A stretch of DNA of 64,000 bases from Thalia democratica (lineage: Eukaryota): assembly GCA_965202585.1 (NCBI GenBank), contig OZ241829.1:60574001-60638000 (forward strand), read 5' to 3'. The notes below the pieces were generated by a model. That model did no database searches, was not told the origin of the DNA, and saw only the letters and a list, made by a program, of their open reading frames with translations. The position numbers and the translations under genes were made by a program. The first letter of the stretch is position 1. Each line of letters starts with the position of its first letter. Shown one piece after another: positions 62,255 to 64,000 of this stretch.

Positions 62255-63700
62255 AGTTATGAAGTGAAGTTCTTTGAAGTGGGAGCAGTTCGTTTGTTAA
62301 AGTTATCTCTTCTGTTGGCATTGGCAATTGTTACTTTTTCTAGAATACAAGTACTGCAAATACTTTGTGGGTTTTTGCTTTGCCAATATGGTGGATTATT
62401 TCCCAGTCTATTTTGTAGTCAATGTTGTTATTTTTAAGTTTCCAGATGTATTTTGATATTTCTGTTTAGTTTTCTTTGTAGTTTTTTAAATCACTGATAT
62501 GGTTGTACCATCTTTTTTGAAAGTCCCACCCTTTGAGCCCAAATAGTTTTTTGTCTTCTGATCTGATTGTCGCTTTATATATGACATTTTCAACTAAGCA
62601 TTTTTTATATTGAGGGGACATTTATGTTTTTTTTGACACTTGCAAAGTGTTTTGCTTTCATCATTTTAAGTTTTTCTTTTTAAGCATTTACAAATTATCT
62701 TTTTGTATTAATTTCTTAATATTGCTCATGCAGCTTTATGATATTTTACAATTGTTCTTATTTATTATTTTGTTTAAATTGTAATCTTCTTGAAAATGTT
62801 TATCTGTTAGTAGTAGAAAAGCTTTACTTATACTGGTTCTTACCTACTGGCAGTAGGGTTGGTTGAAGTAGATTGTTTTTCTTGTTTGTGTTGGTTTCTT
62901 TTTGTTTTGATTGCTTTGGTGATTTGAGTATTTAAGTTTCTGTTTGAAATTAGAGTTAGTTGAAGCATTCTGGTATTAGGCTATTGATTCTTTGAAAATT
63001 CCTTTGGTTTTTAATAGTCTGTTGCGTCTTTTTTGATCATTTTTGTGAGGTTCTTTTTGATAATAGATGGATAGTTCAAGTAATTGTTAATAAAATTGAT
63101 GCTGGAGTTTTCTTTTTTGTATGATTTGAATGTGTTGTGAGTAGAATCTAGGGATATATCTAGGAAAGTTAGTTGCGACTACATCAATCATTATTTTAAA
63201 ACCGAGTTCATTAAAAGTTTTAATTGTGTTCTTTTTTAGTCTTTCTAGCTCTTGGTTACTTTTTCTGCCTATTATTGCAAGGCCTACATCCCTACAAAGT
63301 CAGATATCTTTATAGCTATATAAGTGCCTGACTTTCCTTTAGGCATACAGACCTGTCAGATTGCAAAGTTCCGCGCTAAAGAATGAAGCCATTTTTACAT
63401 CAAATTGGCTGTTACTGTCATTTTTAACCCAGGTTCTGTTATCATAAGTGACAATTGCTTTACATGTATGTTCTATTAACTTTATGTCTTTGTTTCTACT
63501 TCTGTGTAGTTTTTTTGTAAATTCTATGGCTTTAGATAGATGTTGATGACTGATGCTAGGATAAAAGTTGATAATATCAAAATTTACAAAACATTTATTA
63601 ATTATATTGTCAGTATTGCTGAACCATTCTAACACTTCATATAAGTTCTTCCATTGGGTTAAGTCCAATTTCCTTCTTATGTTATTAATTTTTTTCTATT
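62255..63700 (-). mobile_element. Decayed Penelope-like retroelement (RT and GIY-YIG), 5'-truncated
   Basis: LTQWKN..VLEWF...FVNFDIINFYPSIS...FDVKMASFFSAELCNLTGLY; the YRDDG motif has decayed to CRDVGLA; downstream FNQPYC, KISYSCMSNI, CPLN..ENVIYKATI and SKYIWKLK..IDWEI, with stops and frameshifts. Confidence 0.9.
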
Positions 63701-64000
63701 GTAAATAGAGTAGTAAAAATTATATAAGGGCTGTGCTTTTTCCAAATTTATCAAGTTAATCAAATTGATAATTTTAAAGTTTTTTGTAGTACTAGACTGC
63801 ACTGCACAACAATAGTTCATGTAACATTTCATCATCATTTGGACTTATCAGGCAGACATTGCCACAGGTTGTGTGTTGCAGTCTAGTGCTTATTGAATGA
63901 TAGTGAATAAAAATCCCAGTTTTTAAGATAGCTAAATTACTACAAGTATTTTATTTTAGATATTTTAAAACAGTTTAAAACAGTTAATATTTTAAAACAA

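Overview
Very AT-rich (roughly 25% GC by eye), repeat-dense eukaryotic DNA with canonical GT-AG introns, most likely from an invertebrate animal; the species cannot be assigned from sequence alone. Host genes: (1) an intronless IU-type nucleoside hydrolase (12015-13055, +); (2) an OTUD4/ALG13/Otu-like gene of about 20 exons (23097-37682, -) with an OTU domain, a Tudor-like domain and a P/Q-rich C-terminus, whose catalytic His appears replaced by Gln; (3) an intronless Sulfotransfer_4-type sulfotransferase (46201-46983, -) that is a sharply bounded GC-rich island (81 of its first 100 codons end in G/C); (4) a probable decayed Sushi/C-type-lectin gene (50.8-54.3 kb, +), an orphan 133-aa ORF and scattered orphan exon candidates. 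The most striking non-genic pattern is a set of at least six fold-back insertions from about five sequence families of Penelope-like retroelements (PLEs). Their inverted arms carry minimal type I hammerhead ribozyme cores pointing outward on both strands. One core looks intact (13861-13922, - strand); others are degenerate. A decayed PLE RT/GIY-YIG copy lies at 62.3-63.7 kb. There are also two families of CAGGGTT-ended hAT-like MITEs with 6-bp TSDs, a TTAA-flanked Kolobok-like element, and other MITE/SINE-like repeats. All exon boundaries, alignments and RNA folds were read by eye; none was computed.
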